Source of the DNA: Candidatus Eremiobacteria bacterium
GTDB lineage: Bacteria > Vulcanimicrobiota > Vulcanimicrobiia > Vulcanimicrobiales > Vulcanimicrobiaceae
DNA: 64,000 bases
Assembly: GCA_963758295.1 (NCBI GenBank)
Contig: CAVWUU010000006.1
Span: forward strand, 64,001-128,000
Direction of reading: 5' to 3'
The notes under the pieces: generated by a model
Database searches by the model: none
The model's input: only the letters and a program-made list of their open reading frames with translations
What the model was told of the DNA's origin: nothing
Position numbers and translations under genes: made by a program
Shown here: positions 1-9,223 of the stretch, in pieces
How positions within the stretch are numbered: the stretch's first letter is position 1
How the letters are laid out: each line of letters begins with the position of its first letter

Positions 1-474
1 CGGAACGCCGGCGAGCTGGGCGGCTCGCAAAACTGCAAAGCCTTCCATCGTTTCGATTTCAGCGCCGCGCCCGCGCAAGCGCTCAGCCGTCGCTTCGGTT
101 GCGGTCACTTGGCCAACGGTGATACCGCGAACTTGATGGAAGCCGAGCGCCGTAACCGCTTCAACGAGTTGTACGTCGGCCGGCACGCGATCCACGATGA
201 GACCGCCGTCGGGAAGAGCGATGCGCTCGCCGGTCTCGAGATGGAGTTCCATCAGTTCTTCACCGACGACTACACCGTCGCCGACACTCGCAATGCCCCG
301 AAACGCACCCGCGATTCCCGCATCCACTACGACGTCGTAGCGTCGTTGCGCGAGCGCCCGCGAAACTCGGGATGCGGCATCTACCGGGCCGATGCCGCCG
401 TTTAAAACTTCAACGCCTGCGCGCGGACCGAGCCAATCCAATTCTTTGGCAACCGCGCAAACGAGCAAAATCAT
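1..474 (-). CDS. mqnB: Futalosine hydrolase (MqnB)-like nucleosidase, PNP/UDP phosphorylase superfamily; 3' end runs off the window
   Basis: Not in the ORF track. Manual translation from ATG 474 (ATGA overlap with the queE stop): MILLVCAVAKEL...GGIGPVDAA...DAGIAGAF...GITVGQVT...EIETMEGFAVLRAAQLAGVP; the GxG, GIAGA and ExMEG motifs are typical of the family. Confidence 0.75.
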   Translation of the reverse strand, partial: MILLVCAVAKELDWLGPRAGVEVLNGGIGPVDAASRVSRALAQRRYDVVVDAGIAGAFRGIASVGDGVVVGEELMELHLETGERIALPDGGLIVDRVPADVQLVEAVTALGFHQVRGITVGQVTATEATAERLRGRGAEIETMEGFAVLRAAQLAGVP

Positions 475-1046
475 CGAACACCGATCATCTTATGAGTTTG
501 AAGGGAAAGGCGAAACCGCGCGGGATGGGACTTCGCATACTCCAGCGCGATCTCGATGTTGTTTTGTTTGTTACCTTCGGGCTGCAGCAAAATCAAAGGT
601 TTTTCAGCGAAAAGCGGGAGATGCTCTTCAGGAACACGCTCGTCGACGATGAGCTTCGCTTCGTCGGCGCGTTGCGCCATGCGAGAATCCACGCGTTCTT
701 TCGGCGAGACGCACAGCCACACGTCTTTGGGCAGTTCCGTAAAGATGGTGCCGTTCGATTCGATGTGCACGCGGCGGCCGTCGGCTCGTAGCGCATCGAT
801 GAGCTGGAGGGTTTCTTTCTGCGCGAGCGGTTCGCCGCCGGTCAAGATGACCATCGGGCAATCGCCGCCGAGTTCGCGAACTTTCGCGACGACGTCATCG
901 ACGGTCGATAAAAGCTTCAACGAATAATCGGTATCGCAGAAGTCGCACGCTAGATTGCATCCCGCAAGACGCACGAAGACGGCAGGCGTGCCGCTCCACA
1001 TGCCCTCACCTTGGATGCTGTAAAAGATTTCCGCGAGTTGCAGCAT
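471..1046 (-). CDS. queE: 7-carboxy-7-deazaguanine synthase (radical SAM)
   Basis: EIFYSIQGEG, FVRLAGCNLACDFCDT (CxxxCxxC), LTGGEP, LSLQTHK; start ATG 1046 overlaps the queD stop (TAATG). Confidence 0.95.
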   Translation of the reverse strand: MLQLAEIFYSIQGEGMWSGTPAVFVRLAGCNLACDFCDTDYSLKLLSTVDDVVAKVRELGGDCPMVILTGGEPLAQKETLQLIDALRADGRRVHIESNGTIFTELPKDVWLCVSPKERVDSRMAQRADEAKLIVDERVPEEHLPLFAEKPLILLQPEGNKQNNIEIALEYAKSHPARFRLSLQTHKMIGVR

Positions 1047-1420
1047 TAGAGATCCGGCCCGAAATCCGATTTTCGAAGAACCGCGCAGCTCGTCGGCGTT
1101 TCCCACAGAACGAGTTCGTCCATGCCGGGCAGATGCGGCTCGAGCTTATTCCAAATCCACATAACGATGCGCTCGGCGGTCGGATTTTCGATGAGGTCGT
1201 TTAGCGTATAGTGATCTAACGCATCCACAGCTTCGCGATGGACGACTGTCTTGATCGTGTCGAAGTCTTCGATCATGCCGCGGGCCGGACCATCCGTTTG
1301 AATAGACCCGCGAACGGCTACATCGAGACGGTACGAGTGGCCGTGCATCCGGGCGCATTTTCCCTGATGGTACGGAAGCACGTGTGCCGCCTCGAACCGG
1401 AAAGACTTACGTATCTGCAT
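1046..1420 (-). CDS. queD: 6-carboxytetrahydropterin synthase
   Basis: MQIRKSFRFEAAH...KCARMHGHSY...LDH..LN...NPTAE...WET; true start ATG 1420 within ORF 1046..1831. Confidence 0.95.
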   Translation of the reverse strand: MQIRKSFRFEAAHVLPYHQGKCARMHGHSYRLDVAVRGSIQTDGPARGMIEDFDTIKTVVHREAVDALDHYTLNDLIENPTAERIVMWIWNKLEPHLPGMDELVLWETPTSCAVLRKSDFGPDL

Positions 1421-1453
1421 GGAATCGGCGTAGCGTTCGCGGAAAGAAGCTCT

Positions 1454-2320
1454 GTGGCCCTTCGAAGCAATCGAGAAGAACTGGTGATCACGGCCGTCGT
1501 TGGAGAGGCCGCGCCCATGCTCGTTAACACGGGTCTCTACGACGTGAGTTTCGAGGGCGAGCCGCAGATATTGCCCGCGGTCGGCGGCATTACGCCGAAT
1601 GTCCGGGTTGGCGACTCCGCTTTTGGCTTCAAAGCCGATCATATCGAGCCGGGCGTATCCATCCGTCATCCGGACGACCGCCAGAATGCCTCGCTCAACG
1701 TCTTTTCGTGCATCGGCAATGAGGCAATTGTCGTAACGGGCGACGCCAAGGGCGCCAAAGGCCGGGTTACCGGCAAACACGGCGGCGTCGAGCACGTGCT
1801 CGTCGACTTTGCGCCCGATGTCATGCGACAAATGACGCTCGGTGACAAGGTGCAGGTTTGGGGCTGCGGCTTGGGTCTGGAGCTTCTAGATGCACCGCTC
1901 GTGAAGGCATTCAACGCCGATCCGGATTTGCTCGATGCATGCGGCGCCGAAGCGCACAACGGCCGGATACACATCGCGGTTGCGCGCACGGTTCCGGCGG
2001 CGGTGATGGGTTCAGGCCTCGGCCGCGCAACGGTCGTTCGCGGCGACTACGACATTCAAACGTTCGACGATACGATGGCCGAAGCATATGGCTTGCGGGA
2101 ATTGCGGCTAGGGGATCTCGTGGCGATCATCAACGCAGACAATTCTTACGGCCGCATTTATCGCACCGGCGCCATTTCCGTCGGCGTGGTCGTGCACGGC
2201 CGCTCGTTCGTCGCCGGTCACGGCCCGGGCGTGAGCACGCTGCTTACCTCTACAACCGGCGACATCGGCGTTTCGATCGATTCCAACGCGAATCTGTCGA
2301 AGATTTTGGGCTTACGCTAA
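1454..2320 (+). CDS. DUF4438 family protein
   Basis: VGGITPNVRVGD, ADHIEPGVS, GRVTGKHGGVEHV, MGSGLG, DYDIQ, AGHGPG motifs; GTG start at 1454 inferred. Confidence 0.8.
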   Translation: MALRSNREELVITAVVGEAAPMLVNTGLYDVSFEGEPQILPAVGGITPNVRVGDSAFGFKADHIEPGVSIRHPDDRQNASLNVFSCIGNEAIVVTGDAKGAKGRVTGKHGGVEHVLVDFAPDVMRQMTLGDKVQVWGCGLGLELLDAPLVKAFNADPDLLDACGAEAHNGRIHIAVARTVPAAVMGSGLGRATVVRGDYDIQTFDDTMAEAYGLRELRLGDLVAIINADNSYGRIYRTGAISVGVVVHGRSFVAGHGPGVSTLLTSTTGDIGVSIDSNANLSKILGLR

Positions 2321-3475
2321 CGCGCCTTCTAAATCGGTGATGAGATCGTCAACGTTTTCGCAGCCGATGGAGAGCCGGATGAGTGAAGGCGAGCCGCCTA
2401 TTTCGTGTGCTTGTTCGGATTCGCCGACATCGGGCCACATAGCGGCCGGCTGCGCGACGAGCGACTCGATACCGCCCAGACTTGCGGCCAACCGGAAAAG
2501 CCGGAGTTTCGCGATCGCTGCGGCGGCGTCGGTAAAGCTGCCGTCAATTTCGAAGCTCAGTAAACCGCCGAATCCGCGCATCTGGCGCCGCGCCAAATCG
2601 TGATTGGGGTGCGTTGGCAGACCCGGATAATAAACGCGCCGCACGCGATCTTGTTCGGATAAAAATTCAGCGATCGCTTGAGCGTTGCGGTTGTGTTGCC
2701 CGACGCGCATGTCGAGCGTACGAAGACCGCGCAACAAGAGCCATGCGGCGATCGGAGCCAGCGTGGCGCCGGTAATAATGTGCGTTTGCCAGATTCTCGC
2801 GATGAGCTCTTCCGAAGCGACGACGACCCCGGCGATGAGGTCCGAATGGCCGCCCATGTACTTAGTTGCGCTGTGCAACACGACGTCGACGCCGTGTTGC
2901 AGCGGACGTTGGTTCACCGGTGTCGCGATTGTATTATCGACGCTGACGAGCGCGCCCCTGTCGTGCGCGATTCTTACGACGGCATCGAGGTCGGTAATGC
3001 CCAGAAGCGGGTTGCTCGGCGTTTCTACGATGACAAGCGTCGTATTAGGGCGCATCGCTGCTTCGAACGCCGCGGTGTCGCTTTGATCGACGAACGTGAC
3101 GTCAACGTTAAAACGCGGCAGCAAGTCGGCAAGAAGGTTGCGCGTCCCCGAATAGAGCTGCATCTGCGCCACGACGTGTTCGCCTGCGTTAACGAGCGTC
3201 AGCACCGTGGTCGAAATCGCACCCATCCCCGATGCCGCAACGATTGCTGCTTCGCCGCCTTCGATAGCGGCAACGACGCGCCCGACCTGCGCTTGATTGG
3301 GATTGCCGTAACGGGTGTAAAACGTCTCGAAATTCGGCGTGCTCGCGCCGCGTGCCATGGCTTCGGGATCGTCGAAGGCAAAGGTTGAGGTTTGATAGAT
3401 CGGCGGGGTTACGTCCTGTCCCTGATGCCGTCGATCGGCGTGCAGAAGTTTCGTCTCGATTCCGAACTCGTCCAT
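2312..3475 (-). CDS. PLP-dependent trans-sulfuration enzyme (cystathionine gamma-synthase/lyase, methionine gamma-lyase family)
   Basis: PPIYQTSTF, YTRYGNP, SGMGAI, ETPSNP, VDNT, HSATKYMGGHSD (PLP Lys), ASLGGIES, IRLSIG. Confidence 0.93.
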   Translation of the reverse strand: MDEFGIETKLLHADRRHQGQDVTPPIYQTSTFAFDDPEAMARGASTPNFETFYTRYGNPNQAQVGRVVAAIEGGEAAIVAASGMGAISTTVLTLVNAGEHVVAQMQLYSGTRNLLADLLPRFNVDVTFVDQSDTAAFEAAMRPNTTLVIVETPSNPLLGITDLDAVVRIAHDRGALVSVDNTIATPVNQRPLQHGVDVVLHSATKYMGGHSDLIAGVVVASEELIARIWQTHIITGATLAPIAAWLLLRGLRTLDMRVGQHNRNAQAIAEFLSEQDRVRRVYYPGLPTHPNHDLARRQMRGFGGLLSFEIDGSFTDAAAAIAKLRLFRLAASLGGIESLVAQPAAMWPDVGESEQAHEIGGSPSLIRLSIGCENVDDLITDLEGALA

Positions 3476-3511
3476 GCGAGGCTCATTCGGCGCATGGCAT
3501 CGACCTCCGGC

Positions 3512-4582
3512 CTAGCGTGAAACGATGAGTTTCATTGCGTCGAAATCGAACGTCATTTGCGTTCCACGGAAAAAACCGCGTGAAATCGTTCCACCGACCG
3601 CGAACGGGAAGACGCTGTATCGCTCGTTGCCCGAAAGCACAATGCCCGCCACGTTGGCTTCGGCAAAATTGCCAAGCGCGACATTTTGGGCGACGAACGC
3701 TTGCGTGGCATCGGGCGCGATGGCGGCCGCATCTAACGTGGCTTGCGTGAGTTGGACCGCTGCAGCGCCGGCTGTGTCGATATTGAAAAGTGCGGCAGCA
3801 CCGCCGTTAACACGCGCTCGCGTAAAAATGAATCGATCGCCGACCAGCCACATCGGGACGACCGTTCCACCGCTCTTGGTCGCGGCGGTCTCCAGGGCTC
3901 GCGACGGATCCCGGGCGCGCAGTAAAAGCCGATTCTGCGCGTAGTCGATTGTCGAAAGAAAATGGTAGAGAAAAGCCGTGCCGATGGCACCGTCGATGCG
4001 ACGACCCCCGGCGATCATCGGTCGATCGGCCACCGTTGCCCACACGTTGCGGATCCTCAGACCGGGCGTCGCAAAGGTGTCGAGTTTGACACCGCCCGGT
4101 GCGGCGGTGGAAACCTTCAGGCGATCGGCAGTGTCCGGACTCAATTCGACTGCTGCGGCGTTTGTATCCAGGGCTAACGTGAGCGGATGTCCGTTGACGG
4201 TCGCGCGTACGAGCGGTTGAGGATCGACCGCTATGAAGGGAACCGCAACGCCGGCGCCTCGCATGTCGATCTGGAAATCACTTGTATTCGCGCCCATCGA
4301 TTTGACTGCGTGGAGGCGTAGGCGCGCTCGAGTATTTTGTGGATCGAGCTGAACCGCACGTCCCAGGTACGTGACCGCGTTCTTGAGATCGTTGCGATAA
4401 AGGTCAATGGTTCCGAGCCCTAGGTTGGCATCGGCATCGTCCGGCGAGGCGGTCAGGGCCGCGTTATAGGCAACGAAGGCAGCGTCGAAGTCCCCTCCTT
4501 GAAAAGCCAAATCGCCGGCGCTCGGCGAGGGCGGGCTCGAAGCCAGTGCGGCGGCGATCAAGGTGGTGAACAAGGCGTACAT
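3512..4582 (-). CDS. Secreted protein with TPR repeats and two retropepsin-like aspartyl protease domains
   Basis: Signal peptide; TPR-like helices (AVQLDPQN); VNG...LALDTNA...DGAIG..FL and VNG...FNIDTAG...GGTISRGFF...TFDF; ATG 4582 with GAGG RBS (alternative GTG 4600). Confidence 0.7.
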   Translation of the reverse strand: MYALFTTLIAAALASSPPSPSAGDLAFQGGDFDAAFVAYNAALTASPDDADANLGLGTIDLYRNDLKNAVTYLGRAVQLDPQNTRARLRLHAVKSMGANTSDFQIDMRGAGVAVPFIAVDPQPLVRATVNGHPLTLALDTNAAAVELSPDTADRLKVSTAAPGGVKLDTFATPGLRIRNVWATVADRPMIAGGRRIDGAIGTAFLYHFLSTIDYAQNRLLLRARDPSRALETAATKSGGTVVPMWLVGDRFIFTRARVNGGAAALFNIDTAGAAAVQLTQATLDAAAIAPDATQAFVAQNVALGNFAEANVAGIVLSGNERYSVFPFAVGGTISRGFFRGTQMTFDFDAMKLIVSR

Positions 4583-4651
4583 CTGCGCAACCTCAGTCAC
4601 TCAAGCATACAGCTTCCGGCGCGTAACCGCTCTCAGCGTCTTCCGATTCTC

Positions 4652-4699
4652 TTGACAGCGACGCATTAATAACCGTATGGTTATATAACCGTATGGTTA
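4652..4699 (+). promoter_or_regulatory. Sigma70-type promoter with a tandem palindromic operator of the ArsR-SRPBCC operon
   Basis: TTGACA at 4652; two copies of AACCGTATGGTT (4671-4682, 4687-4698), the second covering the ATG. Confidence 0.7.
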
Positions 4700-5037
4700 A
4701 CCAAAATGCGCCGCTGGATGCGGTCTTCAACGCCCTTTCGGACCCGACTCGCCGCCAAATTGTCGAGCGGCTTGCGCGTGGGCCGCTAACTGTCGGAGAA
4801 ATCGCCTCGGCATTTCCAATTTCGCAACCGGCCATATCGAAGCACGTTCGTGTGTTGGAAAGCTCGGGATTGCTGATGCGCGAGATTCAGGGCCGCGTTC
4901 ATTTCTGCCGCCTTTCCCCTCAGGCAATGGAAGCCGCGGCGAATTGGATCGAGGCGCAGCGCCGCTTTTGGAATGACGCTCTCGACCGGCTCGATGCCGT
5001 GCTCGCTCAACCTCCGCAACGAAAGACGAAAAAATGA
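4693..5037 (+). CDS. ArsR/SmtB family transcriptional regulator
   Basis: VFNALSDPTRRQIV, SQPAISKHVRVLE..GL winged HTH. Confidence 0.93.
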   Translation: MVNQNAPLDAVFNALSDPTRRQIVERLARGPLTVGEIASAFPISQPAISKHVRVLESSGLLMREIQGRVHFCRLSPQAMEAAANWIEAQRRFWNDALDRLDAVLAQPPQRKTKK

Positions 5038-5480
5038 ATCAAGCTCAAGCCGCCGTTCCCGCACTCGTGGTGCGCCGCATATACAATGTTCCGCGCGAGC
5101 GCGTGTTCGAAGCGTGGACAACTCCGGAAATGCTCTCGCGGTTCCTGGGGTCCAGCGACGTAAAAGTTCAGGAAGCAAACGCCGACGTGCGCGTTGGCGG
5201 CGCATATCGGGTGAAAATGGTTCATCCCAGCGGCGAAAATTTCACTGCGTTCGGCGTGTACCGCGAGGTTCGCAAGCCCGAGAAGCTCGTGATGACCTGG
5301 ACGTGGGAAGAAGACGATCTCTCCGATCAGCACGAGACGCTGCTCACGCTTGAGTTCAACGACCGCCGGGGCGAGACCGAATTAGTGCTCACGCACGAGC
5401 ATTTGCGCAGTCTCGAATCTCGCGCGAATCACGAGAAAGGCTGGAACGGAACGCTTGAGACGCTCGAGCGCGTCTTCTAA
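5034..5480 (+). CDS. SRPBCC (CalC/Aha1-like) ligand-binding protein
   Basis: ERVFEAWT.PE, DVRVGG.Y, YREV..PEKLV.TW, H..GW; ATGA overlap with ArsR. Confidence 0.92.
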   Translation: MNQAQAAVPALVVRRIYNVPRERVFEAWTTPEMLSRFLGSSDVKVQEANADVRVGGAYRVKMVHPSGENFTAFGVYREVRKPEKLVMTWTWEEDDLSDQHETLLTLEFNDRRGETELVLTHEHLRSLESRANHEKGWNGTLETLERVF

Positions 5481-5662
5481 CGTTTCGACGAAACAAGGCG
5501 CGTTAGTCCATACGAACCAGCGAAGATAAAGATCCTGTAAGGCCCGGTGCCCGCGCCCAGGATTGCGCGCGTCTAGTCTCAATCTCTTGTGCGTACCGCC
5601 GCGGCTGTTTTGCTCGCGGCGTTATCGCGTTGTTACGACGCAACTTTCGACGCAGGGAGCAT

Positions 5663-7657
5663 ATGAAAAAAGTTTTACCGTGGGCCGCGGTCGGCTCACT
5701 CGCTATGGTTGCTGCTTGTAGCGGCGGCGGTACGGTCGTCACTCCGGCGCAACCCGCGCAGCCCACGACGCAATCGGCAACGGTCCAGTTCACGATCGTC
5801 GTTCCGTCCGGGCACATTACGACCGCAAGCCGCGTGCGGCCAAACCTTACTACGCCGCCGGGAACGCAATCTGTGACGATCGGCGTCTCCAGCGTTAACG
5901 GATCGTCGACAACCGGAACGCCCACGGTGATAAACCTTACCGGTTCGAACTGCACGACGACGCCGGCGCAAACGAGCTGTACGGCTTCGGTAACCGTCCC
6001 GGCCGGAACTGACGTCATGCAAGTCAAGACGTATGCACAACCGAACGCGGCCGGCACGATGACCGGCGAAGGCAATCTTACGCTGCAAGCCGCTGCGGGC
6101 GGATCGTATAACGAGCCGACCGTCATGGGCGGAACGGTTGCGAAAATTTCGGTTTCCGCATTCGGCGTTGAAGGCGTTGCGGGTACGTACCCAATTGTCG
6201 TGACGGCGTACGATTCGAACGGCAATGCAATCATCGGCTCGTACGGCTCGCCGATTACGGTTGCCGACAGCGATACGACGACGAACACGTCGCTTTCCGC
6301 GACCACCGTTTCCGACTCGACCGCCGCGGCCGCTCTAACGATTACGTACAGCGGCGCCGCGATTACCCCGGTTACGATTTCGGCATCTGCGTCGGGCATC
6401 GCGGCCGCGAACATCACGAACGCATCGTTCCCCGTTTCCAGCTACGCGACGGCGAACGGGACGACCACGATTCAAAGCTCGGGAACGGCCACGATGGGCT
6501 ACAACGGTGTTTCCGGCTCGCCGCAGCCGTTGGCCGGCACGCTGAGCAACTCCACGCAGACCGGACAGTCGCTCACCGTCGGAAGCTCGACCGTTAATAA
6601 TTTGGTGGAGCAGTCGACGTGGGGACTGGCCGGCAATCGCCCCGGTGCCTCGACGCCGGCGAGCGTGACGCCATATTACTATGCGTGGACGTCGCTCGGT
6701 TCGTCACTCTCCTATGGTTACGTCGGCGTTACTGGCACCACGTCTGAACTTTGCGCACCGCCGTACAGCAAACTCGTCGTTCTGCCGGTACCGGCGTCGC
6801 CGTGGGACGCGCTCGCCAATGCGGGTGCGTGCTCGTTCACGAACGCAAGCGATGCGGGCATCTTCAATTCCGACGGCAGCTATTCGGATTCGGGAACGAA
6901 TTCCGGCGGGGCATACACCAACGCTTCTCAACCCGACGGCTCCGTGTCGGTCTCGTTCAACGGTACGACCGGCTCCGAAATCATAACCGCGGCGATGCCA
7001 TCGTCGACCGCTCAAACCATAAGCGCGCAAGTGCAGGCGTTCCCCGGGGCGATCCCGTCGCCGGGCAGTACCGCGACGCCCGCGCCCGTTTCGACGACGG
7101 CTCCGAACCCATGGCTAATGGCGAACGTGCAGCCGACCACCCCGCTCATGACCGACAAGTTTACGCCGGTCGGTTCCGTCACCACCCTGCCCGCGCAGTG
7201 CGCCGTTCCGGCGTCGCTGCTTGGGACGCAGCCTTCGCTGACCGAAGTCGACGAAAGCCTCGTCGTCTACGATCTGATGGGAGAATGGTACGGTAACTAC
7301 ATGAACTTTGCGTACAAGCACTACTACGCAAACGGCGTCGGCGAAGTGTGTACGAACGAAGTGCTGCACCTGTGGACCATGGACGGCTATTTCTCCGACT
7401 GGATTAACGGCACGGACCAGAACTACGATACCGAGGATCTTACCAAGTGGTCCTGGGTGACCAGCGCAGGCAGTCCCCTTGCGCCCAGCTCGAGAAGGCG
7501 CGCGTCCTCGATGACGACGCCCACCGTTTCGACGGACCTAAGCGCGGCTACGATGGCCGACCGCTTCAACCAGATGCATCAGATGCACGATCTGTTGCAG
7601 CAGGCACGCGTGACCCACAGGTCGCTGCATGCTCTTCTGAACGCTCGGAACAACTAA
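5663..7657 (+). CDS. Large Ser/Thr-rich lipoprotein of unknown function (paralog of 13567..15645)
   Basis: GGGAG RBS, MKK + hydrophobic stretch + lipobox VAAC; beta-rich low-charge composition; followed by a terminator. Confidence 0.85.
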   Translation: MKKVLPWAAVGSLAMVAACSGGGTVVTPAQPAQPTTQSATVQFTIVVPSGHITTASRVRPNLTTPPGTQSVTIGVSSVNGSSTTGTPTVINLTGSNCTTTPAQTSCTASVTVPAGTDVMQVKTYAQPNAAGTMTGEGNLTLQAAAGGSYNEPTVMGGTVAKISVSAFGVEGVAGTYPIVVTAYDSNGNAIIGSYGSPITVADSDTTTNTSLSATTVSDSTAAAALTITYSGAAITPVTISASASGIAAANITNASFPVSSYATANGTTTIQSSGTATMGYNGVSGSPQPLAGTLSNSTQTGQSLTVGSSTVNNLVEQSTWGLAGNRPGASTPASVTPYYYAWTSLGSSLSYGYVGVTGTTSELCAPPYSKLVVLPVPASPWDALANAGACSFTNASDAGIFNSDGSYSDSGTNSGGAYTNASQPDGSVSVSFNGTTGSEIITAAMPSSTAQTISAQVQAFPGAIPSPGSTATPAPVSTTAPNPWLMANVQPTTPLMTDKFTPVGSVTTLPAQCAVPASLLGTQPSLTEVDESLVVYDLMGEWYGNYMNFAYKHYYANGVGEVCTNEVLHLWTMDGYFSDWINGTDQNYDTEDLTKWSWVTSAGSPLAPSSRRRASSMTTPTVSTDLSAATMADRFNQMHQMHDLLQQARVTHRSLHALLNARNN

Positions 7658-7678
7658 TAGCGGCCGGCATCGACGCAG

Positions 7679-7714
7679 AGAGCCCGCGCACAACGCGCGG
7701 GCTCTTTTGTTTTT
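7679..7714 (+). terminator. Intrinsic terminator of the lipoprotein gene
   Basis: agagcccgcg-cacaacg-cgcgggctct followed by tttgttttt. Confidence 0.8.
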
Positions 7715-7758
7715 CACTGGCGCTTCGCGAAATGTACGGTTCGCTGCGTAGCAGAGGT

Positions 7759-7787
7759 AAAAAAACCGGCTACTCCGGCCGGTTTTT
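7759..7787. terminator. Bidirectional intrinsic terminator downstream of the E2 gene
   Basis: aaaaaccggc-tactccg-gccggttttt with A/T tails on both sides. Confidence 0.75.
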
Positions 7788-7798
7788 CTACCTTCGTT

Positions 7799-9223
7799 TT
7801 ATAGCGCCCCGTCGGGACCCATCTTCTCGAGACGCTTCTTGAGATCGGCTAGGAAGCCGCTCGCGACGTAACCGTCGACCACCCGATGGTCGAGCGACAG
7901 ACACGAATTCATCATGAAGCGAATCGCAAACGAATCGTCGTCGCGAACCATCATCTTTTTCTCGACGGTTTCCATCGTAACGATGCCGGCTTGCCCTGCG
8001 TTGATAATCGGAGCCGAGGCCCACGAACCATTTGCGCCGTTGTTGTTGACGGTGAACGTTCCGCCGGAAAGATCGTCGACGCCGAGTTTTCCGCGACGGG
8101 CTTTGTCGATCAACTCGGCGCCCGCAATCGCGAGGCCCTTGATCGAAAGCTTGTCGGCGTTCTTGATAACGGGAACGACGAGATTGGTCGCAAGGCCGAT
8201 CGCGATGCCGACGTTCACGTCTTTGTTGACGTAGATGCCTTCCGCGGTAAACTTCCCGTTCATCAACGGGAATGCGCCGATCGATTCGACGACCGCACGA
8301 ATGAAGAACGGCAGAAGCGTGAGCTTGTAGCCGGTCTCGCGCTCGAAACGGTCTTTCTCGCGTGCCCGCCACTTCCATACGTTGGTCACGTCAATGGAAA
8401 CCATCGACCACGCGTGCGGCGCGTTGTGCTTCGATTCCACCATGCGTTCCGCGATGATGCGGCGCGCTTGGTTGAGCGGAATCACCGTGCCGGGAATCGG
8501 CTCGCCGTACGACGACGTTCCAACGCCGGCCGGCGCGGACGGCGGCGTGTAACCCGGGCCTGCCGGTGCGGCCGGCATCTTAGCCGGAGCGCCCGTTGCG
8601 CCGAAATTCGTGCCGACACCGATTGCCTGGCCGACGGCGGCCGCCGGACCCATGCGCGAAGCGGTCAGCACGTCTTCGGCGGTTACGCGGCCATTGGAGC
8701 CGCTTCCGCGAATCGCGCGAATGTCGATGTGATGTTCGCGTGCGAGTTTGCGCACGGCGGGCGATGCTTTACGCAACGCTTCTTCCGATCCGGCCGCCGT
8801 GTCGGCAAGACCGCCGGAGGCGCCATATGAACTCGGTATGACGTTTTCGCTTTTCGCGTGGCCGTTCGTTACGGCACCGTTTCCGGCGGACGCAATTTGC
8901 ACGCCGGGCGAGAACGACTCTTGCGCGGACGCCGACGGTGCAGCCGGCGGTTGCGCGGCTGGAGCCGCTTCCGCGCTTGCCGCGCCGACTTCTTCGATGA
9001 CGGCGATCGGCGCGCCGGTGGGAACCGTCTCGCCTTCCTTTACCAGCACTTCCTTAATCACGCCCGTGACCGGTGCGGGAACTTCGGCATTGACTTTATC
9101 GGTCGAAACTTCGACGAATGCTTCGTACTTTTCAACCGAGTCGCCGACTTTCTTGAGCCATTGCGCGACGGTGCCTTCAGTGACCGTTTCGCCCAGCTGC
9201 GGCATCGTAATCGTGGTTGCCAT
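7799..9223 (-). CDS. bkdB: 2-oxoacid dehydrogenase E2, dihydrolipoamide acyltransferase (BCKDH-type)
   Basis: Lipoyl domain (MPQLGETVTEG, STDKVNAE), E3-binding domain (ASPAVRKLAREH..GSGSNGRVT), catalytic DHRVVDG. Confidence 0.9.
   Translation of the reverse strand: MATTITMPQLGETVTEGTVAQWLKKVGDSVEKYEAFVEVSTDKVNAEVPAPVTGVIKEVLVKEGETVPTGAPIAVIEEVGAASAEAAPAAQPPAAPSASAQESFSPGVQIASAGNGAVTNGHAKSENVIPSSYGASGGLADTAAGSEEALRKASPAVRKLAREHHIDIRAIRGSGSNGRVTAEDVLTASRMGPAAAVGQAIGVGTNFGATGAPAKMPAAPAGPGYTPPSAPAGVGTSSYGEPIPGTVIPLNQARRIIAERMVESKHNAPHAWSMVSIDVTNVWKWRAREKDRFERETGYKLTLLPFFIRAVVESIGAFPLMNGKFTAEGIYVNKDVNVGIAIGLATNLVVPVIKNADKLSIKGLAIAGAELIDKARRGKLGVDDLSGGTFTVNNNGANGSWASAPIINAGQAGIVTMETVEKKMMVRDDDSFAIRFMMNSCLSLDHRVVDGYVASGFLADLKKRLEKMGPDGAL

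Noticed and set aside
109..405. 98-aa plus-strand ORF
   Set aside because: Antisense shadow of the MqnB-like gene
471..1420. 7-deazaguanine DNA-modification (dpd) or phage island
   Set aside because: No dpdA/tgtA5, helicase or phage genes in view; housekeeping context
1421..1453. preQ1 riboswitch upstream of queD
   Set aside because: Only 33 nt and no AGAGGTTC stem or A-rich tail
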